This document shows, one piece after another, positions 24,609-36,325 of a stretch of DNA of 64,000 nt. The notes beneath the pieces were generated by a model. That model was not told where the DNA came from. It did no database searches and was given only the letters and a program-made list of their open reading frames with translations. Origin of the DNA: Octopus sinensis (Eukaryota); the NCBI RefSeq assembly GCF_006345805.1, contig NC_042999.1, positions 125,736,001-125,800,000 on the forward strand, written 5' to 3'. Each line of letters starts with the position of its first letter. Positions within the stretch are counted from its first letter, which is position 1. The translations under genes and the position numbers were made by a program.

Positions 24609-25040
24609 TTGCTCTGTTCTGGTGCTATTTTTTTTACTATATATTTGTTGTTGACTATTGTTGATCGCCGAACTGAAGGTAGTCGTGCGAAAAAGAACCG
24701 TAAAAGGATTACACAGAATATTAAACTTAATATTTTAAAATGGCTTGATGCAAGAATGAAAATTAGCCATATTGTGAAAACATTAAGAATTTCAATGTTT
24801 ATAGCGGAAATAATACGTAAAACAATACAGAAAATTAAGTCAAGTGCTCAAGAAATTACTCCGATAATTGCTTGGGCCATAGATCTAATGTGATGCTTAA
24901 AATAGAACCACTCCTGGGTGTATGAATCGAAGATCACACTCGACCCTTGTACCGATAACTAAAAAAGAAAATGTCAAAAGTTTTTATGAAGATTTCCAGA
25001 AAAAGGAAGGTGAAACTTCTAACGAGAAACCTTTTCAGGC
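24609..25040 (+). mobile_element. Tigger/pogo (CENP-B-like HTH) transposase N-terminal relic
   Basis: RKRITQNIKLNILKWLDARMKISHIVKTLRIS...IRKTIQKIKSSAQ resembles the psq-type HTH, and the frameshifted continuation EHLLGVWIED...KSFYEDFQKKEGETSNEKPFQA follows it. Confidence 0.7.
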
Positions 25041-26615
25041 TAATAAGCTACTAGTCGTCTGTGGGTGCTGGTGTGTGCGTGCGCCATAACGTTGTGCAAG
25101 TGCCAGTAACGTTCGTTTGACTGTTTCACACACACACTTTTACCATTCTTTTTCCACAACGTGACGGAATTTTTACACCACAGGAATCTATCGTTAGCAC
25201 TTTAATATCATAGATACTTTGGTTTAAGGTGGTGTATTAGCGGTATCGTTTGAGCGCGTGACGAAATGCTCTTTATGTTCTGGGCTCAAATCTCACTGGT
25301 CAACTTTATCTTTCATCCTTCCGAAGCCGATAAAATAAAGTACCAGTCAAATACTGGAGACGATATAATCGACTATACTTCTCTCTCAAATTTGATACCT
25401 GTATCAATAATGTTTAATATTATTTTAGTTTGTGTGTATAAACAATTTTTTTTTAATGTAAACGTTAATACGAATATAAAGAGAAATACGTTAATACAAA
25501 TATAAAATGGAATAATGTTGTTCATATAATTTACGATCAGATCCTGGAAAATAGTTATTGATACAAAGTGCCCAAATAATCGCTGCGAATAAATTTGAAA
25601 CCAGCTTTTTTATGATTAGAGTCCTGTCTGGGTCGAGTTAATCTTTCAGCTGTCCAAAATCGATAGAATAGATTAAACTGAAGGATGTCAAATGTAAAAT
25701 TGATTGAATGTTTATAGGATCATAGAGCTGAATTATATCCAAGTTTTTCATTGCGACAAACGGACGAAAAACAGGCATAGTGTGGAATGCACAAACCGCA
25801 TAGAGCGACCACTTTCTATGTGCGTGCTTGCTGTAGTAAGAAATGTTTCATTCTAGAAAAGAACAGAATTTGTAAGCAGTAACTTTTAATTTATGTAAGA
25901 CTACTGCAAGAGACCACCAAAGAGAAACATATATTAAGAAAGTCAGACTTTTTTTTTTTACATAATCGAAATAATGTTCTATAAGATATTTCATGAAAAT
26001 CACAGGACAGATAAGTTAGCCTTAACTTATCAACATTACATTCAGTGGTCCACAGCTGTATATATTTAGCCCTCTCTTATAAGACAGTTACTATAGAAGT
26101 CTCTTCTCTTTTGTATTATGCAAGCTCTATATCTATCCCATTTAAACCGACTCGATGAATTTGCCTTTCTTTTCCCAATACCGCAATTGTCACACACGCA
26201 GTCCTTGTATTAGATATTTATCAAAATTTCATCCCACCCAAATTGCATATTATGAAATTCCTTCTCTGTCCTTGGCTTATCGTCAAACATAGGACATTGA
26301 CCATATTGACTTTGCCCACTGACTAGTATCTTCCTAATCTTAAAGGATCCAAGTAAATAATGGAAAATTTCTCTTTTTGTCATACCCAGCAATAAAAGCA
26401 ATCGAAAAGAAGATATGACTTAAATTAATCAATAACTTACAAATAGATGCAATCCATTAACGTTCTGAGTTCAAATTCTGCCGAGGTCGACTTTGCCTTT
26501 TATCCTTTCGGGGCCGATAAGATAAGTAGCAGTTAAGCACTAGGATCAGTGTAATTGACTACGCCCTTCCTCCAAAATTGTAGGCCTCGTACCTATAGTA
26601 CAAAGGATATGATAA

Positions 26616-26712
<97 letters not shown>

Positions 26713-26717
26713 AGAGA

Positions 26718-26755
<38 letters not shown>
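26616..26755 (+). repeat. Compound (GT)n-(GA)n microsatellite with a roughly 120-bp homopurine tract
   Basis: Direct reading. It explains the low-complexity ERERE/LSLSL ORFs. Confidence 0.95.
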
Positions 26756-26756
<1 letters not shown>

Positions 26757-27089
26757 ATATACACACATATCCATAACAGATGGCAAGTTTTCAATTATCA
26801 AAATAGATCCGCCATCAAATAAGCGAAAAACAAACTTTTAATGATGATGCTTAGGATGATGATGTAGGGCGCTACGAAGAGGGTGTGTTGATCGACTCTA
26901 TCGATCCTACATATCTATGCAAGTGTATTAGACGCATATGTAAACACAAGCGGAAATAAATCCATATCTATATATAAAATCGCAAAACAAACAAGATACG
27001 CAAATGTATTTTCTATACACACGTGTATTTTCCTTACTCATTATCATATATGCAGATGTATACATGAATACAAACATTATTGTGATCAT

Positions 27090-28720
27090 CGAAGAGATTC
27101 AGTCTGATTACCCTACAATTGTCTTTCGTCGTTCACTTCACCATTAGTTGAACTAACTACCAGTCGTATGTCTAGAATATATCGAGAAACTTCGTCCTCT
27201 GACACATTTGCCGGCTATCGCATACTGGAGATTATCCTCCCCAACTTGCAATGTAGGGCGGGTGGGTAGGGGGTAGCTTAATCCACAATCACTTAATTTA
27301 TACAAATGCACTTCTTCAGGAAATACCGGCACAGCTTGGGAATGCCTCCATTCAATTAAACACGGCTCTTGGTAGTACTGACTATCATCACTGACCAGAT
27401 CTGGGTGACATGTTATGCCAGAAGATAGCTTCGAGTGCGAGATGTTCTCATTTTCGGCCGAGGCCTTAATTGTTTTGTACTGAAATAACTCTTCACATGT
27501 TACGTATACAGTATTTCCTTTAGTTCTGTCTAGATACATTGTCATTATCCAACAATATAGGAACTCGTGGTTTCTCTTATACCTATTCAACTTTTCTATG
27601 ATTGTCTTTACAAATCTCAACCACAAACCACTCCGATTAAAGAATACAATTCAATTCCCCAAAGTCCAACCCCGGTCTGACCTTGTTCATTATTAACTCA
27701 GCTACCGCCATCAAAGCAACGACCGAATTTTCACATTTTCTACTCATGGCTCGTGAGTACTGCTCTCTATTCATCTTTCCATCTCTTTTTCGAACTCAGC
27801 TTTCTCGCCACCGTTCTTGTAGTAACTCCCTGCATTATTCAATGCTAGGGTTCTCTTTATTCTCTGGTTGCGATTCACTGCACTTTGACCTATTCCAAAT
27901 TTCACTCCTTCCACGTCGATCGTGACGCCCTTTCCTCCCAGCATGCCAATTATATCCAATGTGATCACTATGTCAACACCTTCGGCAATGGGACTCATTG
28001 TGATCACTTAGTGTTTCAGTCACGCCTGCGTTACTTGTACTTCTGCATATGATCTTCCTTCCGTGTATTTCCTTTATCTTGCTTTTGTCTCTCCACTTGT
28101 CAACCAGTCTCAGAGAGACAAGCGTTGTGGTACAATTAGTTTCAAGATGGGCTGCCGATCCCCTCACATATTTCACCATCACTCTTGAGCGTCGTTACTG
28201 AATAGAAGGGAAAGCAACTGGCGCAGTAACTCCCTCTCTGGTGCAGTATTTTGCAAGATGGCCCACATGATTGCACCTATATCGGATCTAGTTTTTTCTT
28301 CATTCGCAAAGTATTAAGTGGGGCTCATTTTGCGAATGAGAAAGACTAGATCCCCTATATCAAATAATTGCACTCTTGAACCATGCCTGACTTCCAATGT
28401 TGGAAACACTGCCCATCAAATGTTCGCCTGCATTTTGTCACCTCGTCGCGAACGGCAGCATCTTAACACTAGCTATTAGTTCAGTCATGGCCATGGCATC
28501 TAAGCTAGGCAACTACCGAAGAGCTATTTAAATCGGTTACAAATACTAGCTCTGCAATTCTCCAGAACCCTTCTGTAGCAGTCCTGTTAAACCTGCTATC
28601 CTCCTAATTTCATTATCATAAACATCTACCTTCTCTCCGTTCTACCTAGTCCTCTCTAACTTTCCATAAGTTGCAAGTCCTCCTTCTGAGAACGCCTCCT
28701 TTAATTTTACTTAGATTTTT
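27090..28720 (-). mobile_element. Degenerate Ty3/Gypsy LTR-retrotransposon internal region (gag, protease, RT start)
   Basis: Broken frames give GEKVDVYDNEIRRIAGLTG (gag-like), ETNCTTTLVS...GRKIICRSTS and LDIIGMLGG..VTIDVEGVKFG (protease region, degenerate DTG), and EFEKEMER...LMAVAE..NKVRPGLDFGELN (RT start). No LTRs found. Confidence 0.65.
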
Positions 28721-31700
28721 CAGCATTTTTGCCGATTAATGTACTTTTCTGAGTAATAGATGAATACACTGCACGATTTTAATGGTTTTTATATTATCAT
28801 TGCATGTATTTAATTAATAAGATAACATACCAATATTTGCTATGTGAAGCATAATAACAGTCGTGCAATCCCTTTAAGTCTCACATTTGAAAATTATCTA
28901 GATCTTCTGCATCCACAACCTCATTTTTGAATATTGAAGAATCATTTTTTAACATAAACATAAATAATTCTAATGATGAGCAACAAATACAGTTTTTTTC
29001 AAGATTGTTGTTGAAAGCTCTCGTCTCATTAGATTTTTCAGTACCAATTGCATAAACACCACTTCAAATCAATTTCAGTATTCTCAAATAATCTTCGATG
29101 TGTCGATAGAAGGCTCCAGAGATAGTGCTTGTGACAAACTCGTCTCCACAAACTGAAATGAAATTCTATTGAGTCTTGTATTGTATATGCGATATTAGTT
29201 ATACTCATCTATTCATAAAAGAGAATGACAACTTTTCCGAAACAATCAATTCGTTCAATAAACATGGTTGGTGGGATAATTTTCTAGATGAGAGAACTCT
29301 GCATCGTTCTTTGATCTCACATTAAAGGGGCTCGCGCATAAAGGTGACTGTTCTGTTTTCTAAAATTCAAAGTAGTGACCAAAGGACTGAACAGAAGAAT
29401 GGCATATTAACATTTCAAATATTTTTACGCTCATCTTACATCTTACATCAACAGGCTTCATTCTTGACTGTTGAATTATTTTCGAAATATTTTGTTTGTT
29501 GTTTTAATCATGAGTTTTTTTATTGTAAAGAAACTTCGTTATATCTTATTTTCTTTTTCTCTCACTTTAGCCACCATTTTTAAATATCATTTTAAATGTT
29601 TTTAAGGATTTAGACCACTACATTTTCATTTATTTATGACTTAAAAGGTTTCTCCAAAGATGCTTCACTTTGTCACGGCATTTGCTGTTTTTACTTTTCT
29701 TTTTTCAAAAGAGTTTGGTGTTATTTTTCTGCACTCATATTTTCTGTAACTTTCAAAAAAAAAAAAAAAAAAAAAAGAAAACACAACAACACGAACACTA
29801 ATTTCGCATCCTATTACTGCGGGAATTACTCCGAAAGAAATCTTTGCAGAAAGGTGAGTAGATAAATTTTCATGTTATCGCAGTTTTGTGAGATTTGGCT
29901 GTTATTTCTAGCATGTCGATAGCCTTCTTGAAGGCCAAGGCCGTAGAATTGGGAGGGGAGGGGTTGGGGGCATTTTTTTTTTTTTTTGAAAAATTGAAAT
30001 TTTACAAACAATTTTTGTTTTCAGAATCGGAATTTCCATAGCCGAAAACGTGAGATTCCGCAAAAAACAAAAATCAATATATATCCATTTTTCTAAAAGT
30101 TATAAGGGAAAAAGCGGATCTTGTGAATTTTCCGAAAGTCTTCTCCCCCTACCTCGGTTCGTTTGCGCAATTTTTTTTCCTTTTTCGTTTTCTATACAGG
30201 TGTTAACACCCAGCAAGCTGTTTGTTTTTGTTTTTGTTAACGGCTAAGGACCTTTATATTGACCGATGCTTCCGTATGGAAAACTTCAGGCGAACTAATC
30301 TAAAGTTCACAGTAACACTGCTACCATAGCACAAGGAGAAGCGCACCACGTAAGAATCTATGTTACAGTTTGAACTAAATATTAAACCTGAGATGTGCGG
30401 GAAAAATGTTTTTAAAGGATTATATTACAAATACTTATTTTAATGTTTCGTCAAAGAACTATTTATATTACAATGTAAAAGCATAAATAATCAATTCCCT
30501 TTCTTATCATTAGTAGTCTAAATCCAGTTTGATTTTAAAATAGTCACTCAAATCGCAAGGGAGCGAAAGGCAAATCAATCGTCCAGTTTTACACTACATG
30601 TAACAGTTGTAGTTTTGGAACGCTTCGCTTTTCACAAAAACATTTTATTTTTTACATTTTCTGCCAACCACATTCAGCCACTGATCCTGTGTTGTTGCTT
30701 ATAGCAGCCAAAGCTCCCCCATAAATATTATACATGGACTTACCGAGACGAAAAATTATTTTTAGTTGATCACGCGACTTTTCATTTGTTGGAACCGATA
30801 TTAAACGGTGGAAAATATATTTTGGTAAAATGTTTTCACTATAAGTTTCACTCCGTAATTTGTTTCTGTCATTTTAAAATTAAGAAAATGTTGAGGGATG
30901 GATCGCTGCTATTTCTACCAGGCAAGTGACATATGGAGGCTATGTGGCTTATTGAGAGCCTCAAGTGTTAAAAAAAAAAAAACAAGAATAAAAAGGAGAA
31001 ATATTTTAAATGAAAAGCGAATTAATTCAGTGTAATGCGAAACAGGACTAGCGTCAAAACTGATCCGCGACAATTTACTAACATCAAAAAGCTGATCCAG
31101 TCTAGCAGTTGATAGCAAAACTCAGATAACAGATGTACATAAACAATTTCTCAACATTTTAGAGAATTGTCATCTGTTTTTAGTTTGAAGTAAAAATAAA
31201 ATTGAAAACAGACACACATACATATACAAGAAATTTAACAAGATACGTTTTGTTTATAGTTTTATGGTTTTGTCAACGGAACAAGTTGACAAAGCCATAA
31301 AGTTATAAAAAGTACGCACTGTCATGTTTGTGTGCATGCACACACGTTTGTATGTATGTACACATATTTGTATGTATACACAAACACAGGAACTTTTAAA
31401 ACGAAATTAAGTGTGCAAGAGTGAATATATGAAGTTATGTTTTTACAGATTAGCACACTAAACTGTTATAAATTATGTATATATTGTGTATAGATTAAAA
31501 ACAGTTTTAGCATTGAATTAACGTTCAATAATGATAAAACAGAGGCAATTAACTTTTTGACGTCTCATTTCACGCTAAATATAACTTTAATATCTTGCAG
31601 TGTGGAGAGCTCTACCATGCTTACAAGTAGTACCCCGGGTAACAACACCATAAACTGATCAGTGTTTTACTAATAACAACACTAATCAAAATTGCACTGA

Positions 31701-31772
31701 TTTCTGCTGCTGTAGATATTCATATTTAAGCCGATATCTTCTTCACATATGTAAACCAACAACGAGTTTACC

Positions 31773-31915
31773 ATGGACCCAGACACGGCGGCTGCCAACA
31801 TTCGTTCCTTATCATGTAAGTTGGACACCGAATTAAAAAAAAATACCGATTGGAACAAGGTTGTCGAAATATTAAAAGAAATCAGCGAAATATTCAAGAC
31901 AGAGAGCAGCCGTAG
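31773..31915 (+). CDS. ATXN10: Ataxin-10 coding exon 1
   Basis: ttaccATGG start, 143 nt encoding MDPDTAAANIRSLSCKLDTELKKNTDWNKVVEILKEISEIFKTESSR, donor AG|gtaag. Phase 2 matches exon 2. Assigned mainly by splice phase and position, since N-terminal similarity is weak. Confidence 0.75.
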
Positions 31916-33606
31916 GTAAGACACCTTCCATCTCTTCTCACTAATATACAACCGTTATTTAATTTCCGAGAAGTAAGAACACGATAATGTTTAATCTTAA
32001 TTGCCACTAAATATTTTTGTCTCTCCTCTTTCATCCGCACTTGTTTGCTGGGCCGTAGTTAAATTTATTTATTTTCTTTAAAAAAACTAATTCACTTTTC
32101 ATACTCGTGTTCTTTGTTCTTATGTTCAATGTGTACTTACAATTTTCAGTCTCTCCTTTAACGTTCTAATTATGTGTCATTTCCGATATAAACGATAATA
32201 ACACTACTTATTTAGTCTGTGCTTTAAATTATTCTAACACATACACAGAGGCAGGGGACTTAGTTGCTCGTATTTTGATTTTTAATATTCATCATTGCTA
32301 TGATTATTACATAACAAGCATTACTTGATAACAGTTTGTTTTCTTCAGTCACACCCATGTTATTACTTATAATCGACCGCTGGATTAAATACACATGTAA
32401 ACAAATGTCCTGAAAAACTAAATGAATGAAACAATATGAAGGGCATAGTTACTTTAACTATATTGTTTGATTTATCAATGCTATTGAATTGTTTCAGGGA
32501 GCTAGTTATGTGAATTTCGATCATTGTTGTTTCTTTTCCTAGTTATTTCAATTAAAAAAAAAATTATTTAAAATATTTTTTAAACGTTGAGTGACGCAGT
32601 AATTTTTTTTTGACGTTGTTTTACTTTCACTTCAATTTTGGTCGATTAATTCACTTTTAATCACCTATACATGCCCTATCATACCTTTTGAAACTACTAT
32701 TTAATTTTTTTTATTACTTATTTTAAACAGCCGCTCGCAATATACATTGTGTGTGTACATACATTTCAACTTCTGTTAAAATGTTCAATTTTATTGCTCA
32801 GTACGTTTTCTTTAACGTTAGCACGGCAGGTGAATGCCGTATGAGTCATTAATGATATGTGGTCACCTATCTTATCTAAACTATTTTATTTTATTTGTTT
32901 TTTCCATTTTTCCACACCTTAGTTCTTCAGATCGTTAACAGTTCAAGAATCTTTTAGTACATATCGTTTTTTCTTTCTATTTTTTCTCTAAAACACGTTT
33001 CTTTTGTATTGTAGCAATAAACACATGCGTTAAAGCGAGTTTAATAAATCAAGTGTTCGCTTTATCTCTCTCTCTTTCTCTCTCTATTTATATATATATA
33101 TATATATATAGATATAATGAATTACTCAAACTAGTAATTCAGTAAATTATAAATACTTGTTTTTGCTGGAAAGTTTATAGTAATTTGAATTGTCTTTAAT
33201 ACTATAATACCAGTAAAAATACTGATGCTTCTTTAATCGTGGGAAAAGTAAAATCATGCCGGGCAGGAGTTGAATTCAAACAAACTCCAGACTAAAAATG
33301 CCTTTACAGTTTGAGCAAAATAAGGACTATTAGTATTTTGAGCAAGAGTTTTAATTTATATTCATCAGGTTAATATTGTTTTCATTATAGTATGGTAGAA
33401 GGTAAATTTTTTTACATCTACTACGTTGTCCCTTATGCTTTATTGTACTTGCTCAATTGAAAGTCATTAAAGAAAATGACTGTCACCACTTAGTCTTATC
33501 ACTTATTGTCTAGACAAGAAAAGGACCAATAACAGTTGACTTGCGTAGCTAACACATTCACTTATTTGTGTGTGTGTGTGTGTCTGTATATATATATATA
33601 CCTCCA

Positions 33607-33667
33607 CAAAAATATTAATTATACAAGCTAGGCATACAAATTATGATTTCATCATACAAAGAAAGTA

Positions 33668-33711
<44 letters not shown>

Positions 33712-33780
33712 GCCTACTTTCTTTGTATGATGAAATCATAATTTGTATGCCTAGCTTGTATAATATAATTAATATTTTTG
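33607..33780. repeat. 174-bp near-perfect palindrome centred on (TA)n in ATXN10 intron 1
   Basis: Arms of about 66-71 bp with one mismatch and one 5-nt indel. Confidence 0.93.
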
Positions 33781-34399
33781 TTGCTTAAAGTCTGTGGCAT
33801 TTGGGAGAAAGATGTTATCTTGTATTAATTAGTATTTCATATTACGTTGGCTACTGTTCGGTTATAGTCAGTTAAAATTACGAGTATTATAATTATTTGC
33901 CTTGGTAAATCAGCCTGCGTCACACCACAATATGCTACTATGTAAAAGTGTTGGACCTAGTGACTTTGACAAGTACTTTACATGGAATGCACATATGATT
34001 AAACTGCTACTATTAAGCTTGTGTTTATTCTACAATAGGTGCTACTAGAAATAAACCTTTTGAATTTATTGTTTGGAAGGATACTCTTAGCTGTTTAAAG
34101 TAGTATGTAAGCATTTAAAGATATTTAATGACTAGTGTGGTGGAAGTGAAAGTCTTGCTAAGAGTAAAAAGAAATGGGATGAATTTGATCTGCATATGTC
34201 TGAGAGATTATATGTCAGCAAGCTAAACTGGCTGTTGATAATCAAAAATGGGAGCTGTTTAATAGAGTGATAATGTATGGAAAGCAATACTAGTTGTCTA
34301 AAAAGAGAGAAACGAATGAAATAAACCATCATCCCATTACAACTGTTTTTTCCTCAGAATTGAAGAGTATAACTACAAATTTACAAAGAAAAAATACGT

Positions 34400-35560
34400 T
34401 TTATAAACTTACATTAATTTTCTTTATTTGTTAGTTTGAAGAAGAATGTTCCTTGGAATTCTCCTGCATTATATAGTATCTATAGGATGATTGAATGAGT
34501 TTAATATGTTGAGAGAAAGAGATTTAAAGAACATATTTGAAGTAGGAATAGTATTCAGCAAGATTTATAAAGTAGAGGTTTGTAGCAGGAATTGATAAGG
34601 TAGAGGTACAATTCTGCTTGATGGTTTGTGCAATCTAATACCCTAGTTACTGAAGCAGGTGCAGCAATTAAAATAGGGAGACAGTTCTTAATGGTGAGAT
34701 AAATCTGGACCTTGTACCATGGAAACTAACAGGTATGAATTACTGAAAAGAAGTCAGTCTCTCTGAAATAGTTTTTAAAATCCTGAGAATGTTGACCCCC
34801 AGATGAACATACAGATATTTTTGTCTTTGAGAGTGTAATGTTGTTTAGTTATGACTTGGTCTTTCAAACATAATTAGTTACACATTGGTGAAATAATATT
34901 TGTTTTGGTGATGTTAACTGTTATTAATCTGCTCATCCCAAAATGAACTGGATGAAGATCCTTCTGATGTAGAGTGTTTAAGGCTAGTGGAATATAGTAA
35001 AGATTTTGAGAAGATGGTGTTTCTTGGGTGTATCATAACTAGGAATGTGTGGCTTGAAATGATGAAAAGATAGTCATTACTATAGAAGAGAAAAGAGGTT
35101 CTGAATAAACAGCACATTCTTGAAGAATGTCAAAATTGATAGGGTGTGAAATGGTTTCACTGATGCCTGCTTTAAAAGAAGTAACTAATTGTCAATCTAG
35201 TTATTAAGCTGTGGATCTAGTTTGTAACTAAGAATTTAAAATCTTTGTGTCAATTTTATATGCAAGATCAGGAGTTTGAATGGCAATTTTGTTTAGATCC
35301 AAACAGTCTAGGCCAGATGTTAGGTATGTATATTAAAAAAAATGTCACTTGTGAATTTGACTTTTCAGAATCCTTACTGATGTTTGCTGAAGAAGGATTA
35401 GGATTTAAGGTGGAACTGTTAGCCCTTGAGTCATCTGTGATCAAGAAAAACCATGTTCAAAGATGTACCAGCTATGATTACTCCACTTTTTATTTAAACA
35501 GAGTGTATCCAGGTTTACATTATTCAATGTGGGCTTCATTTTCAAAATGATAGGATGTGA
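34400..35560 (-). mobile_element. Highly degenerate CR1/L2/Jockey-group LINE RT relic
   Basis: The minus-strand SFLFYSNDYLFIISSHTF resembles the RT motif LFxxxxNDL preceding YADD, with a C-terminal-like segment near 34500-34640. Compositionally similar relics occur at about 40150-40500, 46550-46930, 53800-54060 and 56880-57260. Confidence 0.35.
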
Positions 35561-35939
35561 TTTAAGGAATAGTTGTTCTTTCAAGTGAGTTGGTCAACTG
35601 TATAGAGACTTCTCTAGTTGATTAAAGGGGTTGTAGTTGGTGGTTTTTATCTTTTATTTGTTTCAGTCATTTGATCGTGGCCATGCTGGAGCATGCCTTG
35701 AAAGGTTTTAGTTGAATCCCAGAACTTTATTTTTGTACTCTTTTGCTGAACCGCTAAGTTATGAGGACATAAACACACCAACACTGGTTGTAAAGAGGTG
35801 GTGGGAGACACACACAGCCACACCTGTGCCTATCTCCATAAACTTGGACATGTTTCAAGTGTGAATAATTAAATATTTTCAGTGTGGTTATCTTTTTTCT
35901 TGTAGATAACACACTCATACTTCTATATTTCATAACTGC

Positions 35940-36325
35940 AGGTGTGGCAGGTGCAGGCATTGCTGTGTAGTTGAGAGGCTTGCTTCCCAACCATATAGTC
36001 TTGGGTTCAGTCTGGACAAGTGTCTTCTATAGCGCTGGCTGATCAAAGCCTTGTGAATGGATTTGGTAGCTGGGAATTGTAAGGAACTAATTTGTATGTC
36101 CTCTTGTCTTGACATTGTGTAACTGACTGTCATTGTCATACAGTGTCATTCATTTTCAATATTCTGCAAGAACATGTCTGATCATGTGGAAATATTACCT
36201 TACTTGGAAACAAGTGAAGGTTGGCAACAAGGAGGACATCCGACTGTAGAAAGTCTACCTCAATAAACTCCATCTGACATGTGCAGGCATGGAAGAGAGT
36301 TCATTACAACAACAATGATGATGAT
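35940..36325 (+). mobile_element. Older tRNA-headed SINE with an RTE-like tail; its (GAT)n tail is the target of the 3-kb RTE
   Basis: Head gctgtgtagttgagaggcttgc... and tail gaaggttggcaacaaggaggacatcc...gcatggaag...aatgatgatgat. Confidence 0.7.

Noticed and set aside
26546-26841. ORFs of ERERER / LSLSLS type
   Set aside because: These are translations of the (GT)n(GA)n microsatellite.
28850-29320. Coding-like AT-rich stretch
   Set aside because: There are stops in all frames and no motif I can recognise.
18260-31772. Shared bidirectional promoter for HSD17B10 and ATXN10
   Set aside because: The start codons are 13.5 kb apart with many transposons between them.
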